A stretch of 53,122 nucleotides of DNA. It comes from a virus. Below the pieces are notes generated by a model. It was given only the letters and a program-made list of their open reading frames with translations, was not told the origin of the DNA and did no database searches. Shown here one piece after another: positions 42,360 through 51,041 of this stretch (position 1 is its first letter; each line of letters starts with the position of its first letter). The position numbers and the translations under genes are program-made. Location of the stretch: IMG/VR virus record IMGVR_UViG_3300017971_000065. One strand, 5' to 3'.

Positions 42360-42586
42360 ACATGGTAGAAGTGACAGGAACGGTTGAAGTCGAATATGAC
42401 GGTGAGATAACTATCAGCATGAACGAACTGGACAGGGACAAGGCAGAGGAATTACTACTGGCCCTGATGAGTACATGGTTCATCCAGAAGGCAGACTTGG
42501 ACAGAGTGCCAGAGGTGAAGATACCAGTAGTCTTTGCCTTCGAGACAGAGGTTACTCTGGAACACGAACCAATGGACTATCCGTGA
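42356..42586 (+). CDS. Hypothetical acidic protein (76 aa)
   Basis: Co-directional ORF. Confidence 0.45.
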   Translation: MNMVEVTGTVEVEYDGEITISMNELDRDKAEELLLALMSTWFIQKADLDRVPEVKIPVVFAFETEVTLEHEPMDYP

Positions 42587-42591
42587 TCGAC

Positions 42592-42828
42592 ATGAGAGAG
42601 TTAAAAGAACACGAACTGATGAAAAAGAAAAAGGGCAGACCACAATATTCTGGCTATCCCTATGTCGAGGCGTGTGAGAAATCTCTGTGCTTCAGATGTC
42701 GAAATGCAGATACTTGTCACAAGCCGGATACCAACAGGCCAAAGAATCTGTGGTTCAAACCAATAGTTGAATGTACCAACTTCGATGAGGTTGAGGATGA
42801 AGAAGTGCTGGACGGTGTGATAGAATGA
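42592..42828 (+). CDS. Hypothetical protein (78 aa)
   Basis: Internal ATG of track ORF 42475..42828, just after the upstream stop. Confidence 0.45.
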   Translation: MRELKEHELMKKKKGRPQYSGYPYVEACEKSLCFRCRNADTCHKPDTNRPKNLWFKPIVECTNFDEVEDEEVLDGVIE

Positions 42829-43292
42829 CAGGAACAGAAGGATTGAATATGCTAATCAGCAAGAACTGGGAAACATTCAAGTCCCAGATTGTTGACGAGA
42901 ATATTCAGGATGAGGATGAGAAGCTCGTGGACGCATTGAACAGGTTGTTCAAGAAGGCAGGAGTTGAAGCGTATGTCAAGTTCGAGGGCAGTACATTCGC
43001 CCACGATGAACCATACAGTCATTCGATTAGAATGAGGATTAACTTAAAGGGTTCATCAATGGTTGACATCGTGATAATGCTGAAGGAATTCTGTGAGAAG
43101 TACGAATTCTTCAAAGACCTTCACTACATACTGGACATAGGGCCGACACCGATATATCTTGAGGACAGGAAGAAATGGTATGCTGTCTGGTGTCAGATAT
43201 CTGGATTCCTCACATACTACTTCTGCACAACAGATGAATACAACCAGATCACAGAGGCCATAGCAAAGGACAATGGAGGCATGAGACGATGA
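42825..43292 (+). CDS. Hypothetical protein (155 aa)
   Basis: ATGA overlap. Confidence 0.55.
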   Translation: MTGTEGLNMLISKNWETFKSQIVDENIQDEDEKLVDALNRLFKKAGVEAYVKFEGSTFAHDEPYSHSIRMRINLKGSSMVDIVIMLKEFCEKYEFFKDLHYILDIGPTPIYLEDRKKWYAVWCQISGFLTYYFCTTDEYNQITEAIAKDNGGMRR

Positions 43293-43723
43293 TGTTGAAG
43301 GAAATCAAGTATGAGTTTCATAAATGCAGACAGTGTATCTACAAGGAGAACGTGCCAGGTGACGCACATATTCAATGTTCATTCGACTGGATAACAGCGT
43401 TGAAAAACATGACAGTTCCATACTATCCAATCGGGACAAGACATGGTATCAAGCATGGATGGTACAACTTCCCATTCTGTTTCGACCCATTGTGGATGGC
43501 AATGCCATGTCCAGCATTTCACGATAAGGACTATGAAGGTGATGACACACCGCCAGTAATGAGAAGTGACGAATCTTTGAGAGTCGTCATGATGATAGAG
43601 TTCAGAAAGAAGGCGTTTGAGAGCAGGATCACGGAGGAACAGTTCAACGATTACATTCAAAAATATAACAGGGTAATGAGGGAACTGAAAGAAACAGACA
43701 CGGAGGACTCTGACAAGTCCTAA
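43289..43723 (+). CDS. Hypothetical Cys-rich protein, paralogue of 49110..49613
   Basis: Shared blocks C..C.YK...P...HIQC..DW and (F/Y)DP.WM...C.AF. Confidence 0.55.
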   Translation: MMLKEIKYEFHKCRQCIYKENVPGDAHIQCSFDWITALKNMTVPYYPIGTRHGIKHGWYNFPFCFDPLWMAMPCPAFHDKDYEGDDTPPVMRSDESLRVVMMIEFRKKAFESRITEEQFNDYIQKYNRVMRELKETDTEDSDKS

Positions 43724-43775
43724 TATATAGAACAATTTGTATCTATATATACCTATATAATATATATAGGCACTC

Positions 43776-43786
43776 TTTAAATACTC
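43776..43786 (+). promoter_or_regulatory. Archaeal TATA-box promoter TTTAAATACTC
   Basis: In an AT-rich 123-nt gap. Followed by the hairpin TCGCCC-TAGT-GGGCGA (43802-43817) and an AGGAGGT SD. Confidence 0.5.
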
Positions 43787-43846
43787 ATAACCCTTATAAG
43801 GTCGCCCTAGTGGGCGAGCGATTTAGAAAGTCAGGAGGTAAAGACA

Positions 43847-44206
43847 ATGGTCGAGATAACCAAGGTGAAGTATCGAAGGACAATAATACCAGATAACAAA
43901 GAACCGAACATGAGCATAAGAACGTATGAAAACGAGAGTTTTGAATTTGAGGCCATCCCTGAAGGTGACGAGACGACAAATGATGTCGTTGACGCTCTGG
44001 AAAGGGAAGTTCTGAAACAGCATGAACGATTAGAGGAAATCAGAAGGCTGCGACGGGACTCCGTTGACATAGAGGATGAGCTTGCGGATATCGAGTCCAA
44101 ACTCAAGGCAGTTCAAGACGGCGACAAGGATGCCATGTGGGACGAAAAGAAGCTTACAAAGAGAAAGGTTGAATTATCAGAGCTTCTTGGTCGGCTGGGA
44201 AAGTAA
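43847..44206 (+). CDS. Acidic coiled-coil protein (119 aa)
   Basis: AGGAGGT SD. Confidence 0.55.
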   Translation: MVEITKVKYRRTIIPDNKEPNMSIRTYENESFEFEAIPEGDETTNDVVDALEREVLKQHERLEEIRRLRRDSVDIEDELADIESKLKAVQDGDKDAMWDEKKLTKRKVELSELLGRLGK

Positions 44207-44409
44207 TGGAACAGGACTCAGTGGAAACAACAGAACACTACGAGGCAAAGATCGAGATTGTCCGTAGTCAATCAAGTCCGAAAGTCGTTGTATCATTGAA
44301 ACTCGTTGCCAGTCTGGACAAGTTCGACAAGATGCCAGAGATGATAGCCAAAGGAACGAAGGACATTTACGACCAGGCGAGTAAGCTTGGATTGTCATTG
44401 ATGGCGTGA
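44206..44409 (+). CDS. Hypothetical protein (67 aa)
   Basis: TAATG overlap. Confidence 0.45.
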   Translation: MEQDSVETTEHYEAKIEIVRSQSSPKVVVSLKLVASLDKFDKMPEMIAKGTKDIYDQASKLGLSLMA

Positions 44410-44413
44410 TGTC

Positions 44414-44614
44414 ATGAAGTTTAGGATAGACTTCGGTAGCACATCTAACAGACCAGGCTCAAAACCATGCAAGTCGGCGTATAATCGTGGATTGTATTGG
44501 TTCGTAGAAATAAACACATTAGAGGAATTGCTGGCACTACAAAAAGAGGTCAATGAACAAATCATATTGAGAGGTGATAACTCGATATTGATTTATGATA
44601 CTTGGTTGGAGTGA
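44414..44614 (+). CDS. Hypothetical protein (66 aa)
   Basis: Co-directional ORF. Confidence 0.45.
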   Translation: MKFRIDFGSTSNRPGSKPCKSAYNRGLYWFVEINTLEELLALQKEVNEQIILRGDNSILIYDTWLE

Positions 44615-44619
44615 ACATC

Positions 44620-44808
44620 ATGGGGGATGAGATAGACGAACAACAGCGGATTGACGAAATCTTGAGAAATAAGAGGATGGCGAACATCCAGTCAATCCCA
44701 TCACATCAATCTCCTTTCCGTTCTGGAACGGTACGTCGAAAGGAAACAACAAATATAGGAGGTAAAAGACATGGGAAAAGCAACAAAAGAGTCCGACATC
44801 GTCTGTGA
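44620..44808 (+). CDS. Small basic protein (62 aa), uncertain
   Basis: Internal ATG; overlaps the strongly SD-led next gene by 38 nt. Confidence 0.25.
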   Translation: MGDEIDEQQRIDEILRNKRMANIQSIPSHQSPFRSGTVRRKETTNIGGKRHGKSNKRVRHRL

Positions 44809-45175
44809 TGTCGAGGGCCTCAAGGGTGACACCTTTGAGGGAACGATTGAGAGCGTCTCGGTGGAAACAAGGGAAATAACAATAGACGAGGGAAAGGACA
44901 CCGAAAGGAAAGAGAAGCGGGACTACATACACATCGAACTTGAGGTTCCGTTCATGCAGGACGACACCTTCAAGGTCGATCTGCCAGTAAGTGACCGGGC
45001 CGAGTCAGGCTGGGGATACTGGTTGAAGGCGTTGAAGGATGACTGCGGTATCGAGATTGAGAAACTCAAAGACCTTGAGGGACTCAAGCTTGAGTTCGAG
45101 AGACGCCCGATCGTTCTTGCTTCTGGCTTCCAGGCCAAGAAGGACTGCCCGATGCCTATCGCTGACCTCAGTTAG
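44771..45175 (+). CDS. Hypothetical protein (134 aa) upstream of the recombinase-like ATPase
   Basis: TAGGAGGT SD. Confidence 0.55.
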   Translation: MGKATKESDIVCDVEGLKGDTFEGTIESVSVETREITIDEGKDTERKEKRDYIHIELEVPFMQDDTFKVDLPVSDRAESGWGYWLKALKDDCGIEIEKLKDLEGLKLEFERRPIVLASGFQAKKDCPMPIADLS

Positions 45176-45196
45176 ATAGGCCGGGTCACAAACATT

Positions 45197-45224
45197 GGAG
45201 AGAGAGGGTCAAACTTCTCTCTCC
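45197..45224 (+). terminator. Hairpin GGAGAGAGA-(10 nt)-TCTCTCTCC in an intergenic gap
   Basis: 9-bp perfect stem read directly; no strong T tract follows. Confidence 0.25.
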
Positions 45225-45288
45225 ACCCAACATATCTTTATCATGTCTGGACGGTTAAAATCCGTCAGACTTGCAGGAGGTAAAACTC

Positions 45289-46152
45289 ATGGCAGTGAAA
45301 AAGACAAAAAAATTGGACGAGGACAGAGATGATGACGCTCTTGAACGATTAGGCAAGAGTGAGAAAGGAGGAAAGGATATAAGTGCCACCATGTCCAAAC
45401 TCGTCGATACTGCCGACAAGGTCGAATGGGAGGAATTGCCAGAACTGGACATTCCACCTATGGCCGTTGAGTTCATAGGAGAACAAGGTTCAGGAAAGAC
45501 ACATTGTGGTCTTTCATTCCCAGAGCCAGCTCTCTGCGACACAGAGGGTAAGGGTTGGGTTGTTCTCAAGAAGTTCGGAAATAATCGTTGGTTCAGGGCA
45601 AGAACCTTCGGAGATGTTCTGGACTTTGTCAATACGATACTCAATGACGATTCGATCAAGACGGCGGTATTCGACAGTTCAAGAGACATTGTGGACATGG
45701 CAGAGAGGTTCGTGCTGAAGGAACTTGGTAGAGACACGTTATTCTCGACCAAAGGCGCGGTATTGTACTCTCATGTCTATGGAAAGATTGACTGGATAAT
45801 CCAGACATTGAGGATGGCAGGAAAGAACGTGGTCTTTACATCCAGGCTCAAGGATGAGTACATAGATGACAGGAGAACTGGAAATCAGATCACAGACGGC
45901 TACAAGAAGGCAGGGTATCAGGTTGACCTTCAAATCCGTTTCACGACACGGATAAAGTGGAACGATGAAACCCATGTAGTCATCCAGCCAGTTGGTTATG
46001 TATTGAAGGATGGGTTCATCAGGCGTGGTGTCTATGCACCATACATCAAGGACGCAACCTTCGATGGTATCTGTGAGAACCTGCTCGAACCAATCGAAAG
46101 CACAGACAAGTACATGACCAAGTTCCTCAAGGACTTGGGGTTGACGGAATGA
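45289..46152 (+). CDS. RecA-superfamily ATPase, Sak4/AAA_24-like
   Basis: AGGAGGT SD before ATG 45289; FIGEQGSGKTH (Walker A) followed by PALCDTEGKG. Confidence 0.7.
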   Translation: MAVKKTKKLDEDRDDDALERLGKSEKGGKDISATMSKLVDTADKVEWEELPELDIPPMAVEFIGEQGSGKTHCGLSFPEPALCDTEGKGWVVLKKFGNNRWFRARTFGDVLDFVNTILNDDSIKTAVFDSSRDIVDMAERFVLKELGRDTLFSTKGAVLYSHVYGKIDWIIQTLRMAGKNVVFTSRLKDEYIDDRRTGNQITDGYKKAGYQVDLQIRFTTRIKWNDETHVVIQPVGYVLKDGFIRRGVYAPYIKDATFDGICENLLEPIESTDKYMTKFLKDLGLTE

Positions 46153-47078
46153 GCAAACAAAAGACACTCGTTCCAATAGACGCTCCGAAGCCAGGTGAGG
46201 AATTCATTCAGACAAAAGAGATAGACGACATCCAAGTGATGAAGTTCAGAAGGCAGAAACGAGACTTCAAACCGTACAAAATCAAGACAAGGGATGGTGG
46301 ACAGCATTGGTTAAAGAAGGTCAGCCAGAACCCGAAGCACCTGATATTCGTAAACCATAAACCAGTAGCAACCTGTTCTGTCAACTATACACCAGTAGCA
46401 CACAGTAGGTTGAAGGATACTTGTCTGGAAACTCTCTCTCAACTGAAGTTGAAGCCGTTGGACATTGAAATCAGGATACCAAAGACGTATCAATGGGTGA
46501 TGACGGTAACTCTGGAAAGAGATTACAAGTTGCCCATAGGACACCTTCGACAGTTCGAGAACTTCGATTGGGGCATTGCCCTGACGAATTCCTACGACTT
46601 GAGCATGGGCATCAACGCCATGATCTATGTCTATCGACAGATATGCAGTAACGGACTCTACGGATACGACCCTATCGACAGGAAACGATTCATCCACATC
46701 GAGAGGGAACGTGACCAGGCAGTAATCAGGGAAAGGGTCAGGTCTTGCATTGAGGACACGGTCAACCATGTCAAGGACTACTTCAAGATACTTGAGGAGA
46801 TGTCACAGAGAACACCAACGAGAGAACAGATGGCACTCATATTCAATCGATTGAACATCAGAAAGACGGAGTCTGTCTGGTTGAAGGATTTCGGTGTTGA
46901 GATAGAATGGGACAAGTCCGACATCGATACTGTCAATCTCGATGGCGACCTGGCGAACACAGAGTACGACCTACTCAACGCGATAACATCTATCTCTGGA
47001 CGAGTTGAACAGGTATCCAGAATGTTCGAGCTTCAGTTTGGCATCATGGAAACGATACAGAGGGCAAGGAACGGATAA
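46149..47078 (+). CDS. DUF932-like protein
   Basis: WGIALTNSYDLSMG...YRQICSNGLYG matches the NS.D.S...R.vCsNG signature. Confidence 0.55.
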   Translation: MSKQKTLVPIDAPKPGEEFIQTKEIDDIQVMKFRRQKRDFKPYKIKTRDGGQHWLKKVSQNPKHLIFVNHKPVATCSVNYTPVAHSRLKDTCLETLSQLKLKPLDIEIRIPKTYQWVMTVTLERDYKLPIGHLRQFENFDWGIALTNSYDLSMGINAMIYVYRQICSNGLYGYDPIDRKRFIHIERERDQAVIRERVRSCIEDTVNHVKDYFKILEEMSQRTPTREQMALIFNRLNIRKTESVWLKDFGVEIEWDKSDIDTVNLDGDLANTEYDLLNAITSISGRVEQVSRMFELQFGIMETIQRARNG

Positions 47079-47079
47079 T

Positions 47080-48240
47080 ATGGCAACAAACACCACAGGA
47101 TTATATGACGAGATAATAGCACATCTCAAGAGAAAAAAGAGGATGCTGTTCGTTGACGAACTGGCCCCACCTGCGATATGTTCTGTTGGTGCTCTGATAG
47201 CCAACCTTCGACAGAAAGAGGAACCATTCCATTTCGTAGCCGGTGACAATGAGGACTTAGGTTTGAACCTAACCTATGTCGGCCCATCTGGACTGAGCAA
47301 GTCACACGCCATGAAACAGTTCATGAAAAAGGATGTTGGACTTTTACCTCATGCAGTAATAAAATCTGCGTTCAGAGGGAAAATAACCGAAGCTGGGTAT
47401 ATTGGAACAATCAAGGAAGGAGAACCAAAGTATGGTGACGCATACAGATTTGCCGAAGGCATTCTGGGTTTCAACGAGATTACTAATCTATTCTTGGCGA
47501 CACAACAGGAACATTCAGGAGAACTAATCAATCAAGTCATGGAAAGTCTAACAGAGAGACAGGTATCCAAATCCCTCGGAGGTGCTGAACCACTCGAATA
47601 CGAGACATGGGTAACGATATGGGGTGGTGTCCAACCAAAGAGGTTTGACTTCTCACAGGGACTTGCCAGAAGGTTTTTCTTTGTGGCAAGGAACTGGACA
47701 TTTCAGGACTTGAAGGCATTGAAAGACAGGAGAAACGACAGGGGCCGTGAGAACCGTATCGACATGAAAGAGGTCGAGTCTATCAGACGACAGATTGCCA
47801 AAGCTGTCAAGACATTCGCAGCCAACGACATTCAATGGGACGAGAAAATATACAAGTATCTTTACAACAACACGGAGTCACATCTCGATATGTATCTTGT
47901 CGAAAAGATACTAATCGGCAGAGAAGTCATAGACCAATGGGAGAACGATGTAGTTGTGATCCGTGACAACCAAACGAACAGAGGACTCGTTGACATGACA
48001 ATCCGTATGCAAGAGATGGTGTCCGAAGGAAGCGACGTTTCTCTTATGATTAACGTACTGGAAAGCCACGATGGAGGGCCTATGCCAGTATCGGCACTAT
48101 GGTCGGACTTCAGGCGTTTCTCATATCAACTCAACACATTCTTTCAACTACTGGACACCTGTAAGCGAATGAAAGTCGTCAAGGTCACACACAATAATGG
48201 ACAGCAGATTGTGACTCTCAATAGGAGAAGGAAAAAATGA
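47080..48240 (+). CDS. AAA+ ATPase, MCM-core-like (putative replicative helicase)
   Basis: GPSGLSKSH (Walker A, compare GxPGxAKS), ILGFNEITN (Walker B-like), GLARRFFFV (compare the SRFD arginine finger). Confidence 0.55.
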   Translation: MATNTTGLYDEIIAHLKRKKRMLFVDELAPPAICSVGALIANLRQKEEPFHFVAGDNEDLGLNLTYVGPSGLSKSHAMKQFMKKDVGLLPHAVIKSAFRGKITEAGYIGTIKEGEPKYGDAYRFAEGILGFNEITNLFLATQQEHSGELINQVMESLTERQVSKSLGGAEPLEYETWVTIWGGVQPKRFDFSQGLARRFFFVARNWTFQDLKALKDRRNDRGRENRIDMKEVESIRRQIAKAVKTFAANDIQWDEKIYKYLYNNTESHLDMYLVEKILIGREVIDQWENDVVVIRDNQTNRGLVDMTIRMQEMVSEGSDVSLMINVLESHDGGPMPVSALWSDFRRFSYQLNTFFQLLDTCKRMKVVKVTHNNGQQIVTLNRRRKK

Positions 48241-48362
48241 CGTTCACCTGTAAGACATGCGGATTGCGTGACCATAATACTGGCGTATGCAGTAGGTCTG
48301 GAAAAAAGGTCAAGGATACGAACTCATGCACAAAGCACACAAGAATAGAATACAAGCGATAA
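48237..48362 (+). CDS. Mini zinc-knuckle protein (41 aa, below ORF-track cutoff)
   Basis: ATGA overlap; MTFTCKTCGLRDHNTGVCSRSG... Confidence 0.35.
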   Translation: MTFTCKTCGLRDHNTGVCSRSGKKVKDTNSCTKHTRIEYKR

Positions 48363-48364
48363 TG

Positions 48365-48392
48365 ACTATATGTCAATCATAAGACATATAGT
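48365..48392 (+). terminator. Hairpin ACTATATGTC-(8 nt)-GACATATAGT right after the operon end
   Basis: 10-bp perfect inverted repeat. Confidence 0.3.
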
Positions 48393-48410
48393 TCCCTTTT
48401 ACACAAATTC

Positions 48411-48450
48411 TTTCCATTGTTAAGTAAGTAAGTATAAGTAAGTAAGTAAG
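48411..48450 (+). repeat. TTTCCATTGTTAAGTAAGTA motif followed by a (TAAG)3-TA-(TAAG)4 microsatellite-like tract
   Basis: Read directly; 18 of 20 nt identical to the minus-strand sequence at 22140-22121. Confidence 0.8.
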
Positions 48451-48460
48451 AATAGAAAGA

Positions 48461-48472
48461 ATTTTATATAAT
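48461..48472 (+). promoter_or_regulatory. TATA-like element ATTTTATATAAT
   Basis: About 60-70 nt upstream of ATG 48534. Confidence 0.35.
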
Positions 48473-48533
48473 CCCGATATACCCTTAAACTGTCAGAAAG
48501 GTTAAAATCCTTAATGACGGACAACTTTATAGG

Positions 48534-49109
48534 ATGGTATGCACGATGAGAACAGCTGATGAGGAAACTACGAGAGTGAATTACTCTATATTCAGAAGGC
48601 AGGACAAAGCACTTCGAGATTTGGATAAGAAAACTCCGGTCAAAGGTGGAATAAGCGGTCATGTACGAATAGCGATTGATAACTATCTGGATATGTCGCC
48701 AGAGGAAAGGGAACGTGAAGTTCCAAAACATTTCCAGCACATAATCACATTGCTCGAATACATGAAAATGAAAATTGCCAAAGGCAAGAAAATGAGCGAG
48801 TGGAACATATCGAAGGGAGAGATGATGACTCTTGGCTTCGGGAAATACTGGTATGAATTCTCGGCAGTTGTCGAGATGATGGTTCACTCACTCGGGATGA
48901 AAAAGATTGACGTTCTGCATGAGAGCGTTGTTGCCGAATTGGAAGGATCACAAGACCGTGTAAGAAAGGAACGGCTCGGGTTCAAGATTGTATTCATGGT
49001 TCCAGTAACTCGAAACAGAATGTGCCAGATAAGAAATGCAATCGAGGATGACCTGAAACACTTTGGCAGAGTGAAACCTCTCGTAAACGGTGAGAAGCTC
49101 GGTGAGTAG
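48534..49109 (+). CDS. Hypothetical protein, possible ribbon-helix-helix regulator N-terminus
   Basis: TTRVNYSIFRRQDKALRDLDKK resembles an RHH beta-strand/helix; first gene after the repeat element. Confidence 0.45.
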   Translation: MVCTMRTADEETTRVNYSIFRRQDKALRDLDKKTPVKGGISGHVRIAIDNYLDMSPEEREREVPKHFQHIITLLEYMKMKIAKGKKMSEWNISKGEMMTLGFGKYWYEFSAVVEMMVHSLGMKKIDVLHESVVAELEGSQDRVRKERLGFKIVFMVPVTRNRMCQIRNAIEDDLKHFGRVKPLVNGEKLGE

Positions 49110-49613
49110 ATGTCAGAGTATATATCACCAGACGCAGACAAGTTACTGGCACTCGTCAAGAAAGTTGGTGGTGACAGGAATAGATGTAACCTTCCTATCA
49201 AGTTCGCAAATGTCGAGGATAAGGCCAGATGTTCGATATGCGTCTATAAAAGGTCGATACCAAACAACACTCATATCCAATGTGCGTATGACTGGTTGAA
49301 GGGTCTTGAGATGGGGAAGGTCAATATAATTCCACTTGGCAGTTCATCTGGAATAGGTCAGGGATTGTATATGTTTCCAGTCCTATATGACCCAATCTGG
49401 ATGATGATTAAGTGTCAGGCGTTCAACACTGTCATGGATGAACAGATGACATTAGATGGCAGAAAAGACGCTATCGTTCCTATGATGGCAGTATTCCAAC
49501 TCATAACGTGCTATTCATTGAAATCAAAGTCAGGAGGTATAGATAATGAAGGAACAGGAGAAGAAACCAAAGAAGTTGTCGAAACTTCAGAAGCAGGAAC
49601 AGAAGTTGATTGA
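49110..49613 (+). CDS. Hypothetical Cys-rich protein, paralogue of 43289..43723
   Basis: Shared sequence blocks (see 43289..43723). Confidence 0.55.
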   Translation: MSEYISPDADKLLALVKKVGGDRNRCNLPIKFANVEDKARCSICVYKRSIPNNTHIQCAYDWLKGLEMGKVNIIPLGSSSGIGQGLYMFPVLYDPIWMMIKCQAFNTVMDEQMTLDGRKDAIVPMMAVFQLITCYSLKSKSGGIDNEGTGEETKEVVETSEAGTEVD

Positions 49614-49935
49614 TCAAGTCGATGACTTGGGCCTAATCAGACACGTTCATCACGAATACTTCGACGAGCCGAAAGAAGTGAGAGGAGAACATGGCCATAT
49701 GTTCATCTCACATGAAACCTGTGTCGAACTCTACAATGCGAACAACTGGGTCAATATAATGAAGGGCAAGAGAGAAGGAACTGTTGACCAGTATCCAAGA
49801 GAACTGTTAGAGCCTGTTGGCATTGGATTTGCCAGATGTTCCGTGAAGGACAACTTCAACAGGAGAGTTGGTCGTGTAATTGCGACCAGTCGTGCGATAA
49901 GTTCATTCCTGAACTCAGAACATCTGAACAAGTGA
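49546..49935 (+). CDS. Hypothetical protein (129 aa), basic N-terminus
   Basis: AGGAGGT SD; overlaps the upstream gene by 68 nt. Confidence 0.5.
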   Translation: MKEQEKKPKKLSKLQKQEQKLIDQVDDLGLIRHVHHEYFDEPKEVRGEHGHMFISHETCVELYNANNWVNIMKGKREGTVDQYPRELLEPVGIGFARCSVKDNFNRRVGRVIATSRAISSFLNSEHLNK

Positions 49936-49939
49936 TAGG

Positions 49940-50104
49940 ATGGACGAGGTAAAGACGGGCATTTGTCCAGTTCATCTGGCCTCATTGGTGAATGGACAAT
50001 GCCCACTATGTCTTGGAACGAATAATGAGGCAATGGAAGGTGATGATAATGCACAAGAAAATACCAGACGAATTCAAGTCAAAAAAGGAACTGGACAAAA
50101 TTAG
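49940..50104 (+). CDS. Small Cys protein (54 aa), uncertain
   Basis: ICPVH...CPLC; overlaps the next gene. Confidence 0.25.
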   Translation: MDEVKTGICPVHLASLVNGQCPLCLGTNNEAMEGDDNAQENTRRIQVKKGTGQN

Positions 50105-50309
50105 AAGCCGTGTATGGTATCAGAGATACAAATCACTTGCGGAACTGCTCAAGAAAGGAAACTGTGAGAACCCGGTTGAAGTCCTGAAGCAAGTGGACAA
50201 GACGATAAACGATGCCAGAGGATACGGATATGACCATGTTGCGTGTTCGGCCTGGGAATCGCTACAACAAGTCGTCGAGGACATGGGATGGGAATGGAAA
50301 GACAATTAG
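50049..50309 (+). CDS. Hypothetical protein (86 aa)
   Basis: GGTGATGATAATG start context. Confidence 0.45.
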   Translation: MHKKIPDEFKSKKELDKIRSRVWYQRYKSLAELLKKGNCENPVEVLKQVDKTINDARGYGYDHVACSAWESLQQVVEDMGWEWKDN

Positions 50310-50698
50310 AACCTGTCCCAAAAATCCTCTATCATTGCACCAGACTTGACAAGGTCGATACGATACTGAAGGAAGGTCTGAAGGTCAATACACCATTGAG
50401 TCCTGTCAACAAGAGAGTTTACAACAAGAAGGGCGTATATCTATCAACAGAGATGTTTGGATGGATGTATTGGGCAACTGACGATCACACACATAGAGGA
50501 GCTGTAATCACAATCAATGTTGAAGGTCTGGAACTCATTGAGGACAGTGACCTTCTGGTAATCAGCGAGGCAGACGGAGAGGTAAAGAACAGAAATCTCA
50601 TGGACTACATTTGTCCTAACGATATTGAACCAGAGAGAATAATTGCTGTGTCCAGAGAGCAGGATGACAATAGTTTCGTAGAGGAGAGGATAAGATGA
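50294..50698 (+). CDS. ADP-ribosyltransferase-fold protein resembling the NAD-binding C-lobe of RNA 2-prime-phosphotransferase Tpt1/KptA
   Basis: PKILYHCT..VDTILKEGL...GVYLS...HRGAVITINV parallels the E. coli KptA segment PQFLYHGT..LDEIKKQGL...YVHLS...HGSPVILTV. Confidence 0.5.
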   Translation: MERQLEPVPKILYHCTRLDKVDTILKEGLKVNTPLSPVNKRVYNKKGVYLSTEMFGWMYWATDDHTHRGAVITINVEGLELIEDSDLLVISEADGEVKNRNLMDYICPNDIEPERIIAVSREQDDNSFVEERIR

Positions 50699-50949
50699 CA
50701 GATAGAATGGATGAATTCGTTGAAGTGTATCAACGAGTATTCGACAGGAGAAAGAGTGACGAAATGCCAAAGAAATCGACAGTACCAATGCTGTTCAAGG
50801 AAATGAAAAATAAACAGTGGATAGCGGTACTTGAGGACGCAAATTCACAAGAACCATTTGTTCTTGTTCAAGGCGTAGGCAACACTCCTCTGGCAGCGAT
50901 TCACTCTCTTGAGAAGCAACTTGAGATATATATAAATGACCCTATATAA
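50695..50949 (+). CDS. Hypothetical protein (84 aa)
   Basis: ATGA overlap. Confidence 0.5.
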   Translation: MTDRMDEFVEVYQRVFDRRKSDEMPKKSTVPMLFKEMKNKQWIAVLEDANSQEPFVLVQGVGNTPLAAIHSLEKQLEIYINDPI

Positions 50950-51041
50950 TCCAGCAGGAGCGAAACGCTTATATAGGCACAAATCTATCACCATTCGGAC
51001 ATGAAGGGATATAAACCTACATGACCGTATAAGGTGATGTG

